From contig NC_042998.1 in NCBI RefSeq assembly GCF_006345805.1, forward strand, positions 77,872,001-77,936,000: DNA of 64,000 nucleotides, in the 5' to 3' direction. The translations under genes were made by a program, and so were the position numbers. Origin of the DNA: Octopus sinensis. Taxonomy: Eukaryota. This document shows, piece after piece, positions 11,503 through 24,609 of the stretch. The notes below the pieces were generated by a model that did not search any database, was not told where the DNA came from, and saw only the letters and a list, made by a program, of their open reading frames with translations. Every line of letters starts with the position of its first letter. Positions within the stretch are counted from its first letter, which is position 1.

Positions 11503-12420
11503 GTGTGTGTATCTGTTTATATATCTGTGTATGTTATATATAGATACATATTATATATTTGTGTGTTGTGTGTATATGTGATATATGTGGGTGCGTGTGG
11601 GTGTGTGTGTTCTGTTGGTGTGTTGTTGTTTGTTTGTATGTGGTGTGTGTTTGTTTACTATGTGTGTGTGTGTGTGGTGTTGTTGTTGTTGTGTGTGTGT
11701 TGTTGTGTGTATATGTGTGTGACAACAGACGCTATCTGACCAGCGGGCACGGACACATCTATTCACACCCGCATACTAACTTCCTGATAACCCCAAAATC
11801 ATTCATGCATAAAGGGGAAGTATACACCACATTGGCTACTTCCTCTGTTCTCTCCAGTTCAGCCTTTCTGCTAATACCGACAGGTCAGTAAAAACATTCT
11901 CGCCTTGTACTTAAATATTCTGAGATGTATAAAAAATCCATTTTAATTTTTGCTGTCAAAAGGCTGTATATATATACCGAAGATTGTATATATATACATG
12001 TAATGTGACAATTTGCGACAACCAATAATTAACGCAACCAATTCCCAATAATATATTTGTTTTATCCTTTTCTGCCAAGTTTTCCCAAATATTCTCATCA
12101 CACTATTGAACTTCTCTGTTACCAAACACTATATTTATACATGTAATGTGACAATTATGTATAAAAAAACATTTTTGAATTCATAATATCCAATGTGACA
12201 ATTATGTAAAAACTTTTTTGAATGCATAATATTCAATGTGACAATTATGTAAAAACTTTTTTTGAACCCATATTATTCAATGTTTCCTTAAATGTAACTT
12301 TTGACAATCTTTTACCAAAGAGTGAAACCGGTTAGTAAATAAACATCGTTTAAATTGCATTTTCAAACCTTTTTTCTTATATAATCCCACTCGTGCGATA
12401 CCCCACAACTCAACTTTTTA
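10201..12420 (+). mobile_element. Penelope-like 3' UTR and pseudo-LTR (right arm) with long GT/TA low-complexity tract
   Basis: Follows the ORF stop; 11285-12378 is the partner of the left arm; ends in (TA)n. Confidence 0.8.
12295..12338 (+). ncRNA. Variant hammerhead-like motif (U3:A8 core) in the pseudo-LTR
   Basis: UAACUU-UUGACAA-UCUUUUACCAAAGAGU-GAAA-CCGG-UU-AGUAA; also at 7890-7934 (minus) and 24484-24528. Confidence 0.5.
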
Positions 12421-12464
12421 TATATATATATATAATATATATATATATAATATATATTCTATAT

Positions 12465-12745
12465 ATCTGGTGCCACAAGACTGGCTTCTGTGCCGGTGGC
12501 ACGTAGAAGCCACCATTTCAGCGTGGTCGGTGCCAGTGCCGCCGGAATGGCACCCGTGCTGTTCGCACGTAAAAAGCACCCACTACACTCTCGGAGTGGT
12601 TGGCCTTAGGAGGAGGAATCTACCGGTAGAAACCTTGCCAGATCAGACTGGAGCCTGGTGCAGCCTTCTGGCGTGCCAGTCCTGAGTCAAACCGTCCAAC
12701 TCATGCCACTGTTGAAATCAGACGTTAAACAATGATGATGATGAA
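12465..12745 (+). mobile_element. 3' part of an octopus-type SINE with (GAT)n tail
   Basis: aaaaagcacccactacactctcggagtggttgg...gacgttaaacaatgatgatgatg; recognised from memory of this repeat family. Confidence 0.7.
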
Positions 12746-12789
12746 GATGATACACACACACACAAACACACACACACACACACACACAC

Positions 12790-12849
<60 letters not shown>

Positions 12850-13039
12850 CATACATACATACATACATACATACAGTATGCGGACGGTATTTGAGTACAG
12901 ATTTATGGCTTAAAAAACGAATTACGTATGAGAAAAATTTGTAAAATGTTGAACATAAATCTTAAAATGCACTTTATACAGACTAGGTTTAATTTGTAGG
13001 AAATATGGGAAATACGTATAGATCATTATAACATGTTCT

Positions 13040-13390
13040 TTTATTTTCTCTTTTACTTGTTTCAGTCATTCGACTGCGGCCATGCTGGAGCACAGCTTTA
13101 AAAGATTTTTTAGTCGAAGATTCTGACCCCAGGACGTATTCTTTGTAAGCCTAGTATTTATTCTATCAGTTCTTTTGTTGAACTGCTAAGATACAGGAAC
13201 ATACACACACCAGCATCAGTTGTCAAGCGATGGCAGAGGGACACACACACACACACATACACATTCAAATATACACACACATATATACATATACGATGAG
13301 CTTCTTTGTGTTAACATCTACCAAATCCACTCACAAGGATTTCGTCTGTCCCAGGATATAGTAGAATGGAATCTTACGAGTTACCACGCA
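13040..13390 (-). mobile_element. SINE-like repeat
   Basis: ttgtttcagtcattcgactgcggccatgctggagcac...ctaccaaatccactcacaag; homologous to 33215-33960. Confidence 0.7.
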
Positions 13391-13679
13391 GTAGAATTTA
13401 AGTATATAACTATAAAATATTTTTTGTGGATATAAAAGTGTCTATACTGTTTATTATTATTAATAAGAGGGTATACCCCAAGCAAATTTTATCATCCAGC
13501 GAAGAGCAGAAGGAAATACACATCGGAAGAATTCACAGAGCGACTAACAACTAATTGTAGTCACATGCGTTAGATACTGATCGTTGCGGGTAACCATTAG
13601 CTTGAACTTAACTGGGAGCTAATACGGAATCTTCCCGGATGATGTATCCCTATATATATATATAGTTCGAATTTACAGA

Positions 13680-13800
13680 AAACAAAAGGCGGAGACTGAT
13701 GAAGGAAGAACAAACGGGTGTTTTAGTTTGGCGCTCGGGAAAAATGGAAAAGTCTTTCACAAGGATTGAGCGGGAAAAATATGGAGATAGAACAAATAAA
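13680..13800 (-). mobile_element. Penelope-like pseudo-LTR fragment
   Basis: Reverse complement resembles 42440-42540 (aaagactttt...gagcg...ctaa..cac/t.tgtttg). Confidence 0.5.
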
Positions 13801-13863
13801 AAACGGAGCGAGAGAAGATGTGTAGGGATTAACTGTTCAACATGATGATATATATATATATAT

Positions 13864-14230
13864 CAGTTTTTAAAACATATGAAAGCCATAATTATAAACA
13901 GGATAACACTCGCACTGCTTCTAATTCATTTTCGAATTTGTTCTTATGTATGCATCTTTCGGGCATAGCAGCAGATTTTACATCTAAGTACGTGATGCTG
14001 TCAAGCCACAAAAATAGACAAACATCGATGTCCATCGCTTCTAAATGAGACTTAGGGTGCGTGGTCTCACCTGATTATGAATGTCACTTTCGGGTATATA
14101 TATATATATATATATATTTATACATATAATAAATTTAAAGCAGTGCGAGTGTTATCCTGTTTATGATTATGGCTTTCATATGTTTTAAAAACTGGCGCTT
14201 TGAGAGAGTCATCTCTACAGCGTCACATGC
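13864..14230. repeat. Fold-back with ~58-bp inverted arms (13864-13921 / 14138-14193), probably pseudo-LTR derived
   Basis: cagtttttaaaacatatgaaagccat...cactcgcactgctt pairs with aagcagtgcgagtg...atggctttcatatgttttaaaaactg. Confidence 0.65.
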
Positions 14231-14318
14231 CAGCCGACCGGTGAACAAGCAAACCACGTACTGTACGTTGTGTATGTGCGTTTGATAATGTTTACAACGC
14301 TCGCACTACTTCTAATTC

Positions 14319-14850
14319 ATATGGACGGTGCTGAGTTGTCAAAGATTTAAACCAAATTTTCTCAAAATAACTTGTCCGACCGTCCCATAGGTCTTCCCTT
14401 TGAGAAACCCTGATTTAACCTAAATTTGAGACACCAGAAAAAGAAGAAATAAAGATAGACTTTTTTCTATTCCAAAGAAAAACGATTTTATTCACACAAA
14501 TATGCAACCGAAGAGTTTAAAGTACCAGTAATGATAAGGCTGTTGACTGGGAGGACAACAAACATGGTTTAAACAGTAAGCTTGGCAGGAAAGAAACGTG
14601 CCTTTGAGCAGTACAAAAGCAACAATAAATGAAAGGTGCAGTCATGTACAGGTTGACAGAAGAAACGCAGCACAAAAACGGCTTTATCGATCTCATTTTC
14701 ACCTGGAAACGATGTTTGTAAATATTGCAAGATTTATACACGCCCTGATACCGTCGGTATCTACATATCAAATTTGAGTGCAATCGGACGGAGGATGCCA
14801 GAGATCCTAGAAGACACACACACAGAGACAGACAGAACGGATTTTATATG
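14319..14850 (+). mobile_element. Non-autonomous Helitron/Helentron-like (DINE-1-like) element
   Basis: Homologous to 32638-32995; ends aaatttgagtgcaatcggacgg...(CA)n...gacagaacggattttata, the DINE-1-like terminal layout. Family call is by analogy. Confidence 0.5.
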
Positions 14851-16004
14851 ATATATGTATGTATGTGTGTATATATATATATTATATATATATATATACA
14901 TATATACATAAAGATAGAGACAGAGACAGAGAGTGAAAGACAGGGATAGAGAGAGCTAGAGAGACAGAGAGAAGGGACTATAGAAGAGTAAATAAATATG
15001 TACGCATATGAACAGATGTCTTTCGTCTGGATGGGTATAACAAAGACGCCATTAAGTCTGTGTGTAACATTTGGTCATTTTATTCCTCCCTCTTATCTCC
15101 TCCATCCTTTCCCTCCGCTCCTGATTCACCTTCCACTTTTCATTTTTGACTTTTGCCACCACTTACTCTGTTGCCCGTCCGTTCTCTCTTCACCTCGTAC
15201 TTTTCCTCGTCATCTTTCGCACCCTTTCAAACTCATCATCTTTCTTTTGTTTTATTATCTTTTTTGTTTTAATTCTGACTTATCAACCCCACTTATTTTC
15301 TTATTCTTTCATTTTCTTTAGCTTTGTTTAGTGGCATATCTTCCTATATCCAGTTACGAATCCAGTCGTTCACCGACAGGCTAAATTGCAACAAACAATT
15401 GAAACAATGAAACATATAATGTATAGTTTAGATAATTAGAATTAATTATCTACAATAGTAATAAATGTCAATTAATAAAATTACTCGTATAAACTCTGTA
15501 AGCAATTAGTTATATAGTGTAAAATATACAAAAGCAACAGTATCAATAAAACCAATAAGGCATAAAAAAATGGTACTGTAAATTTTTATCAGTGACAGGA
15601 AACGGCCGATATAACATAGTTGTTGCATTTTATGATATGGATAGTAGCAATAACAACCGTTAAAGAAGAAATCCTGTCAACCCCAACGCTTGTAATTTTT
15701 CTGGCACCGAAGCATTTTGGAGAAGAGCTGTGAGGAATCTAGCAAATAGAGTACTCAAAAAATACTGAGAGTAGGCCGAAGGTCAATTCTCAGTAAGAAA
15801 GTCAACAAGTGCACTAATGATATTTCTAAATACAGTGGTTTTTATAACAGTATATATAACCCTACACAATATATGTCTGTGTGAGTGTGTATGCAAATTA
15901 ATGTTAATAGCAATAATCCTTACCTGGAGTTTAACACACACACAAACTCACACACATAACCATACACCCCCTCCATACATATATGTATATATATATATAT
16001 TAAA

Positions 16005-16232
16005 GGCGGCGAGCTGGCAGAAACGTTAGCACGCCAGGCGAAATGCGTAGCCGTATTTCGTCTGTCGTTACGCTGTGAGTTCAAATTCCGCCGAGGTCGA
16101 CTTTGCCTTTCATTCTTTCGGGGTCGATAAATAAAGTACCAGTTACGCACTGGGGTCGATGTAATCGACTTAATCCGTTTGTCTGTCCTTGTTTGTCCCC
16201 TCTATGTTTAGCCCCTTGTGGGCAATAAAGAA
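16005..16232 (+). mobile_element. Well-preserved tRNA-derived SINE
   Basis: ggcggcgagctggcagaaacgttagc (A-box like) ... gagttcaaattcc (B-box like), body, ends gggcaataaagaaat. Confidence 0.9.
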
Positions 16233-16455
16233 ATATATATATATATCAAATTTCTTTACCTATTTTGTGTCATCTCTTCGCTATGTTGTGAAATATGGAG
16301 TTCCAGATAGGGGAAAGTAATCAAGGATTTTTTCGGTATAAGGGAGATAATCAAAAAATGTTGGGAATGACTAGGTTATATTTATTTAACATGATTTGGT
16401 TTAGAAAGAATAGAATGTTAGTAGTGGTTAGATTTTGCTCTATATTTTCTTCACT

Positions 16456-17060
<605 letters not shown>

Positions 17061-17324
17061 TTATAAAAATCATTTCAGTACCGGTTTCAGTGATTGGGAC
17101 TTTTTAAACAGTCCGAGAGAGAGAGAGAAACAGGCAGAAACAAGGAAAATGCCACTTGTATTTGAACACTATCCAAATATTATTTTTAAAAAACCTTCTT
17201 TAAATTTTTCAAAAATTTAATTGTGTTCCATACTTACAGTTTAAAAAGTCTCAATGATTGAAACCAGTACTGAAATGTTTTTATAAAATGATTTTAGCAT
17301 TTTCAATCTTGACTCTTTTTCAAC

Positions 17325-17325
<1 letters not shown>
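17061..17325. mobile_element. Fold-back with ~50-bp inverted arms (17061-17110 / 17239-17285): MITE or pseudo-LTR end
   Basis: ttataaaaatcatttcagtaccggtttc...tttttaaac versus gtttaaaaagtc...gaaaccagtactgaaatgtttttataa. Confidence 0.6.
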
Positions 17326-17407
<82 letters not shown>

Positions 17408-17430
17408 GTTTGTGTGTGCGTGCGTGTGTG
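17326..17430. repeat. (GT)n microsatellite
   Basis: Directly visible. Confidence 0.95.
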
Positions 17431-18989
17431 TAAAAGGTAGATGAAATTTTACCTTAATTCTTTGCCAATACATTTTGGAGCTAATTAATGGCACATCGTT
17501 TAATAATTAGGAATTTGTATACATACATTGACATTCAAGTGTGAAGATTTTATAATTGTTTAAATCAAAAGTATCACACTTTATACTGACTTGTACATTC
17601 GTACTTTAAATTAGCATCTTCATAAGGAGCTTCAACCTATCGTCTATGCTTAAGAATTTATATTTATTAATTTATTCAGTGTAATCACAACTTACCTTGA
17701 ATAACGAGATTCTATAGGCCTCGTGTGAACGTGTGTATGCCTGGGTGTTTCATCATTTTAGTGTATTGTATATGTTTATGTACATATGTAAATTCCAATA
17801 TAATCATGTACATATGCAAATGCCAATGTAAGTGTTGTTGGTTTATCGTTTTATGAACTGTGTTATTTATTACATGAATCCTAATGAGAACTGAAAGACT
17901 TGCGTACATATGATTGTGCGTGTGGATGTATGTACATATGACTATGCATATATAACATATATAGGTCAGTCTGTCTCTCACACCTTCGCTCTCTCTTTCT
18001 ATTTTGTCTGAACAGAATATGTGAATGAAATATATGAGTCTAATTTTGTAGACGTCAATCAATATATGTGTGCTGTAAGTACTTGATGATAAATATGCTG
18101 GCATCTGTATGATGTCGGCATAGTACATTATTTTGTTAACATTTTTCCATGTACTTTCTCTTATTTTCGTAGAATTGTCAGTGGTGCAGTAATCTCAGGT
18201 ACATGTAGTAATTTTTTCCAATGCGACAGGGGCTCAAAGTGAAACGTTATAAAATGTTGGCTATGCTTTCGTAGAGAAATACAGTTCAAGTTTTGTACAA
18301 ATTTCAATCGAATCTAGAGATATTGTCTAGTTGAATCAGTCCATAGCTTGAAAACGAAACAAGAACAAAGTCTTCTGGTAAGATTTAACAATGTCGTATT
18401 GTTTCATGATGTTTCGAAGAATTACGACCGGAATTTTCGAAGGTGTCACTTAGATCTATTTACTTAACAATACTTTACAAAGAAAATTTTTTTTCATACT
18501 TGTAATGAACAGGAAAATCCTGTTGTAAGTGGCTAGAATCGGCACTGTAAACCGTTGATGATACATATTAGTGAATAGGTGGTTTACTTGTTCATCTCTG
18601 TGCTTTCGCTTAGTTCCGTTTACAATCAGACACCTGTATCACCGTATTAGTTTGATTAAAAGACATATCTCCAAGTACATGCATGTTTTTTGGGGTTTTT
18701 TTTCTCTAATTCTAATATATATCTTGGAATGAGGCAGAAACTTGTTGAAAAGTTGAAAGCCTCAGCGTACCGAGTGTTAGCGCTAAATTTAATGATTTTT
18801 TTAGGTCTCCTATTTTCAGGAACCGCTTAATGTGTTGGTGAGTAGTAAAGAGCGCTGGAGACCAGAAAGATTAAAATTGTAAGAGAAACGTTAGCTGACG
18901 TAGAGGACTGGAAACAACCTGAATATTGGAAAACAACTACCTGTATCATGATGATTCGTGCTAGGTATCAAAATGTGGATATATTGTCC

Positions 18990-20001
18990 CTTGATGCTCT
19001 GTAAACATTGTAAAGTTTGTGACTTCTGACACGGACCAGCTCCAGCGGAGACTACGAAGCCGTGGCCAACAGATGGAGTACACCAGACGTTCTGACTGCG
19101 TCTGCACTCCAGAATTCATCCAACAACTGCAAGATAAGCTGATGGAAGAGCCAAACAAGGGATCTCGGACTTTGCCGAGAGAGATGGGTGTTGGAGGCCA
19201 CACGGTGAAGCTTCACTTCAATGAAAACCTTAGTTACTACACGTACAAGAGATGGAAGAGACACATTCTAGCAGCTAAGGCCAATGAAAACCTCTTGTCG
19301 GGGGTAAAGAAGCTCCTGAACAACATGAGACATCCTGTTGAGACGGAAATTATCTTCATCTTCTATCTGGATAAGTTGCACAACACCCGGAAGAACAGGT
19401 GGTTTACCTACAATCCATGTAATGTCCCACGTATCAGGAAGACTCTCGAAAGTGTGATGGTTTTTATGATTTATCCAGTAGGAGGGCAGTTTTGTTGCCC
19501 CCACATATATGAACATGGCGTTAGGTTCAATTTTAGACGGCTATGTGGAATTGCTAGAGACTAGTCAAACTCTTGCTGGAGAGGGTTTTTGATAGAAGTG
19601 TCTGGCAGTAGAATTTGGCTCCTTGCCATATATTCCAAAAGAGTCACAAGCGGTTGCTGCATATTTCATTATTACTTCACCAGCCTCAATTGCTGGCCTC
19701 CTAATTCCCTCGATCATAAGCTCATGGGTTTCTGTGTGTGGGCGTGACTGAAAAAAGAGACTACCCGATCTGTTTTCAACATTAAAGAGATGTTTGAAAA
19801 TCTTTCATTGACACAGTGAGGAACGTATGCGCCAGGCCTGGAACAGTATTGGGGCCGTGGTAGAAGCTGAGGGCGGCTGCTTTGAGTAAACTGTTATCTC
19901 CCAAGAGATATCTAGTTGATATTTTTGAATTTTTTAAAAAATACTTATTGTTAGCGGGGTTTTTCCCCTTTTATGAGGTCTGTCAAATTTAGACCGAACT
20001 G
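18990..20001 (+). mobile_element. Decayed Tc1/mariner-superfamily (maT-like) transposon
   Basis: RRSDCVCTPEFIQQLQDK, NRWFTYNPCNVP, ESVMVF, NCWPPNS, C-terminal VEAEGGCFE*; right end gaccgaactg followed by TA. Confidence 0.8.
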
Positions 20002-20164
20002 TATATACTTCCTAAAATTGTTTGCTATCTGAGATCAAAACTGTAAAACCCCAATAGAATAAAGCTTATTCAGTTAACAATGAGCAATGGAAATAAGTTT
20101 TCCAATGTGTATTACTGTTTCCCACAAGAATAGCATTTGAATGCACTATTACTTTTAATTTACA

Positions 20165-20189
20165 GTGTAGTAGTAGTAGTAGTAGTAGT

Positions 20190-20223
<34 letters not shown>
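20165..20223. repeat. (GTA)n microsatellite
   Basis: Directly visible. Confidence 0.95.
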
Positions 20224-20670
20224 AAAGGAGGTCGATCTGCTATTTCGCCCTCATCACCAGACGACTAAATAACCTGAAGATAATTTGCACTAGCAGAACG
20301 TTTATCTACTGACATTGTTTTAGCTACTCACAATACTATCTTATCGAATTAAATATTGTCATGGCTAATTGTCCACAAGTTAGCTACAAAATTACTCAGT
20401 AGTAACGATTATTTCCTACCCCGTCTACAGAAGAGAAAATGGATGTCTTGAGAAGTAATAAATACGACTTTTAAGAAAACAAATATCACATCAGTTATTC
20501 CTAATAAAGTTAGCGCAACAATTAAATATTCATTTAATTAATCAATTCTTCCCTAGGTAACATTTTTTACAAGATATTTTAATTAACCAATACGTCTTTA
20601 GGTTACATTTTTTTCTAGAAATGTTATATCCCCTTCCTTTCCTCACGTGTCTATCATTTAAGAAATGAAC

Positions 20671-20985
20671 ACAACCAGAGACATACAGCCTAAAGGAAGC
20701 ACCCAAAATCTCTCCAATCTGAACTTCCACAAAGCAGATTGGAAATCGATCCAAAAAGAGATCCTCAGAGAGGACTGGCCGGAATGTCTCTCCACACCGG
20801 ACATTGACATGAAACTAGAATGCTTCATGTCTTCTGTGCAAGCCGTATGCCAGAAATATGTCCGAGAGCACAAGGCCAAAACAAATGGGAGCAAAATTCC
20901 AAGAGACAGGAAGATCCTCATGAGACGACGGACGAAGGTTGCAAATTGTCTCAACCAAAAGAAGCAAAACGTCCCACCTAAAAAT
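20671..20985 (+). mobile_element. Internal fragment of the CR1-like LINE, direct copy of 22061-22381
   Basis: Roughly 95% identical by eye to the endonuclease-RT linker of the downstream element. Confidence 0.9.
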
Positions 20986-21317
20986 TTCATAGATGAGTGT
21001 AAACTTTGGGTTATACTGCTGCACGTGCGTCGGTGTCGTGATCTATATTGTCAGCAGTTCTAGTTTAAATTCCGTTCCTATGAAATGCGAATAAACTCCG
21101 TGATATGCATATAGTCGACTGACCTGCTACAAAAAGCAGCTAAATTTTCTTTAAAATCTCGTTACAGAGTCTTAATGCGGAAATTATTAGATAATGTAAT
21201 ACTAAATATGATTAGAATGACAAGATGGTCAATTATTTATAGCGCTTTAGCTAATAGGTGTGGCCTTTCACTGGTAGTCTTGTGGCTGGAAGATGGTAGG
21301 GTTCACTCCCCTCTTGA

Positions 21318-21388
<71 letters not shown>

Positions 21389-21669
21389 GTGCATACTGCA
21401 TCGAATAACAAGGTAGAGCATGTGTTCTCCTGGGGTTAAAAATAGTAATACGGTCAGTTCCTACGGGACAGCCATGTTTGTGTGGTGATAAGCATTAAAG
21501 CGTATAGTTGCTGCTTTCGTCTCTCTCGCTATATATATATATATATATATATATAATATCTTATATTGTATGTACATATCTAATATTTTATGTATATATT
21601 CTATTAATTTGCCTGTAAGGCTAATAATTCGCTTATCACTTGTGATAGTATTTTAATAATACCATCCCT

Positions 21670-24150
21670 ATATTTATATAGGCCCCAAATCATACCGGAT
21701 GCCCCAAATCACACAGGCAAGTTTGAAGATTGCCTCACAAGAATTAAAGAAATCCTCATGAATCTGGAACACCACGTGACCATATTTCTTATGGGTGATT
21801 TCAACTTCCCCAACTTTAAATGGCCCGAAGGTCACATACTCTCAGGAATGAATCATTGCAAGCAAGTACAGGTGGAGTCCCTGCTCAACCTCACCAATGC
21901 ATTATTCATGGAGCAAGTTGTACACGAGCCAACTAGGGCGAATAACATTCTGTATCTCTGCTTCACGAACAATATGGACATCATTCATGATGTGAAAGTG
22001 ACACCGACATCAGTTTCGGATCACAACATAATAGAGCTGTCTATGTTTGGGCCAAAAGTAACCAGAGGCATACAGCCTAAAGGAAGCACCCGAAATCTCT
22101 CCAATCTGAAGTTCCACAAAGCAGATTGGAAATCGATCCAAAAAGAGATCCTCAGAGAGGACTGGCCGGAATGTCTCTCCATACCGGACATTCACATGAA
22201 ACTAGAATGTTTCATGGTTTCTGTGCAAGCCGTATACCAGAAATATGTCCCAGAGCACAAGGCCAAAACAAATGGGAGCAAGATTCCAAGAGACAGGAAG
22301 ATCCTCATGAGACGACGGACGAAGGTTGCAAATCGTCTCAACCAACATCCCAAAAGAAGCGAAACGTCCCGCCTAAAAATAACACTGATGGAGATCTAAA
22401 AAAGGCTGCAACAATCCTATGTGAAGGAGAAAGCAGACAAAGAAGCCTGGGTTATAAAAAATATTAAATCAAACCCAAAGGCCTTCTTTCATTACGCGAA
22501 AGAAACAGTCTCAGTGCACTACAAGATAGGACCCCTCCTCCAAAAGAATGGCTCCCTCACAGACAGTCCAACTAAGATCAGTGAGATGCTGAATGACCAG
22601 TTCACCTCGTTGGAACTCAGACAAGTGAACAAACCAGTGGACTTCTTTGCCACCTCACCTATAACCAGCGAGGCAGTTACAATAGAATGTATTGACATTA
22701 GCGAAAAAGATGTCCTACTAGCCATACATGAAGTGGACACAAACTCAGCTGCTGGTCCAGATGGTTTCCCAGCCACCCTCCTCAAAGCGTGTAAGCATGC
22801 CCTGGCAAAACCCCTCAAGATTCTCTTCCAGAGCTTTCTTGCGAATTGCAAACTGCCAAGCAAGCTGAAGGAGGCGATAATATGCCCAATACATAAAGGT
22901 GGAAGTAGAGCAGATGCCAAAAACTATAGGCCTATCTCTCTGACTTCACACATCAGCAAAGTCATGGAACGGATAGTCAGAAAGAAACTAATCGCATTTC
23001 TTGAGGAAAATAACTTGCTGAGTGGTACCCAGCATGGTTTTCGACCAGGTAGGAGATGCCTGACCCAGCTCTTACAACATTATGAGTGGGTGTTGAGGCA
23101 GTTACTCAACATATCAAATGTGGACGTAATCTGCCTTGATTTTTCAAAAGCTTTTGACAAGGTGGATCATGGTATGATATGCCACAAACTGCGTGACCTC
23201 AGCATAGCTGGAAAACTTGGAGTGTGGTTGCATGACTTCCTGAAAGATAGGAGTCAGGCAGTAGTGGTTAATGGAGCCACCTCTATGAACACACAAATAG
23301 CGAGCGGTGTTCCACAGGACACTGTCTTGGGACCACTGCTTTTTATAGTGGCCCTCTCAGATATGCCCTCAAATTCCCGGATAGCTACTCTGGCCAGCTA
23401 TGCAGACGATACGAAAGTCTCACAGAAAATACAGAACCCCAGCGATGTTGCACACCTGCAGCAGGAGTTGGACTCAATCTACAGATAGGCTGAGGATAAT
23501 TCCAGGCCATGCGCTACCAGCATCCAAAACTGAACATTAAACTTACAGGATACACCGGTCCACAGGGAATTTTAATCCCAGAGCCTATTTCTGTGAGGGA
23601 CCTGGGTATCGACATGAGTGATGATACCTCTTTCCAAGTGCACAATACCAGGATGGCGACAAAGTGCAGACGACTGGCTGGATGGATCCTAAGAACATTC
23701 AGAACCAGAGATAAGGAAACCATGATGTTCCTCTGGCGGACATTCGTCCTCAGCCGCCTGGATTACTGCTCACAGATATGATCACCCACCAGTGTAAAAT
23801 TAACAGCGGACCTTGAAGCAATCCAGAGAAGATTCACAAAGAAGATCGTCTCTTTGCAACAGCCTGGGTTTCAAGGGCCCACAGCCTTTTAATATTCCCC
23901 CAAAGAGTCTGAGGAACTTGCACAAAGTAGATGTAGCGGTTTTTAAATCAAAGCTGGACATCTTCCTGTCGAGAGTCCCAAATGAACCTACCTCACGGCA
24001 AGAGGTGCAAATGAGAGTTGCTATATCAAAATCCATTCTTCACCAAGTGCCACATATTAGACGAGGTTCTTCGCAGTAACAGTGTAGCACAAAACGGCGG
24101 TGCATCAGCATGGCCGCAGCTCTGAGCTAAAACTAGAGGAAAAAAAAAAT
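21670..24150 (+). mobile_element. CR1/L2-group LINE ORF2 (APE endonuclease + reverse transcriptase), 5'-truncated and disrupted
   Basis: ORF 21758-22399 FLMGDFNFP, EPTRANNIL, SDHNII; ORF 22421-23488 AAGPDG, NYRPISLTS, QHGFRPGR, LDFSKAFDKVDH, SGVPQDTVLGPLLF, YADDTK; later RDLGI, SRLDYCSQI; internal deletion near 23865; A-rich end. Confidence 0.95.
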
Positions 24151-24329
24151 ATATATATATTTGTGCCCAATATTTCAATGAACTTGTTAAACTTTTTTAT
24201 GTTCTCAACATGCTCTTGTCACCAAAGAATGTATATATATATATGCATTATAGTACTCTGTGTCAACCAATATTCTGTGCGTGTTTGAATATACAGATAC
24301 AATACCAATACCAATATCCCACTGAACTT

Positions 24330-24609
24330 TTTAATAATTCCTTCTGGAAACTACCTTAAGCATGTTCTTGAGAATGATTATTTAAGTAGTAATCTTTTGT
24401 GCCCAATATGTTACCAAAGACTGTATATATGTAATGTAGCAATTTGTAATAACCAATGATTAACGCAACCAAACTTCTACATGTTACTTTTGACAATCTT
24501 TTTCCAAAGAGTGAAACTGGTAAAGTAAATAAACATCTTTTAAAATTGCATTTTCAAACCTTCTTTCGTGTATATAATTCCATTCGTGCGGTACCCTACA
24601 ACTCCACTT

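Noticed and set aside
8480-11900. Many long ORFs rich in C/V/Y/M or H/T/I, here and in similar tracts across the window
   Set aside because: Translations of GT/CA/TA microsatellite-like sequence; overlapping in all frames with no domain content.
16005-16100. tRNA-like heads (also 3268, 38626, 48270)
   Set aside because: No complete cloverleaf; they continue into SINE bodies, so not tRNA genes.
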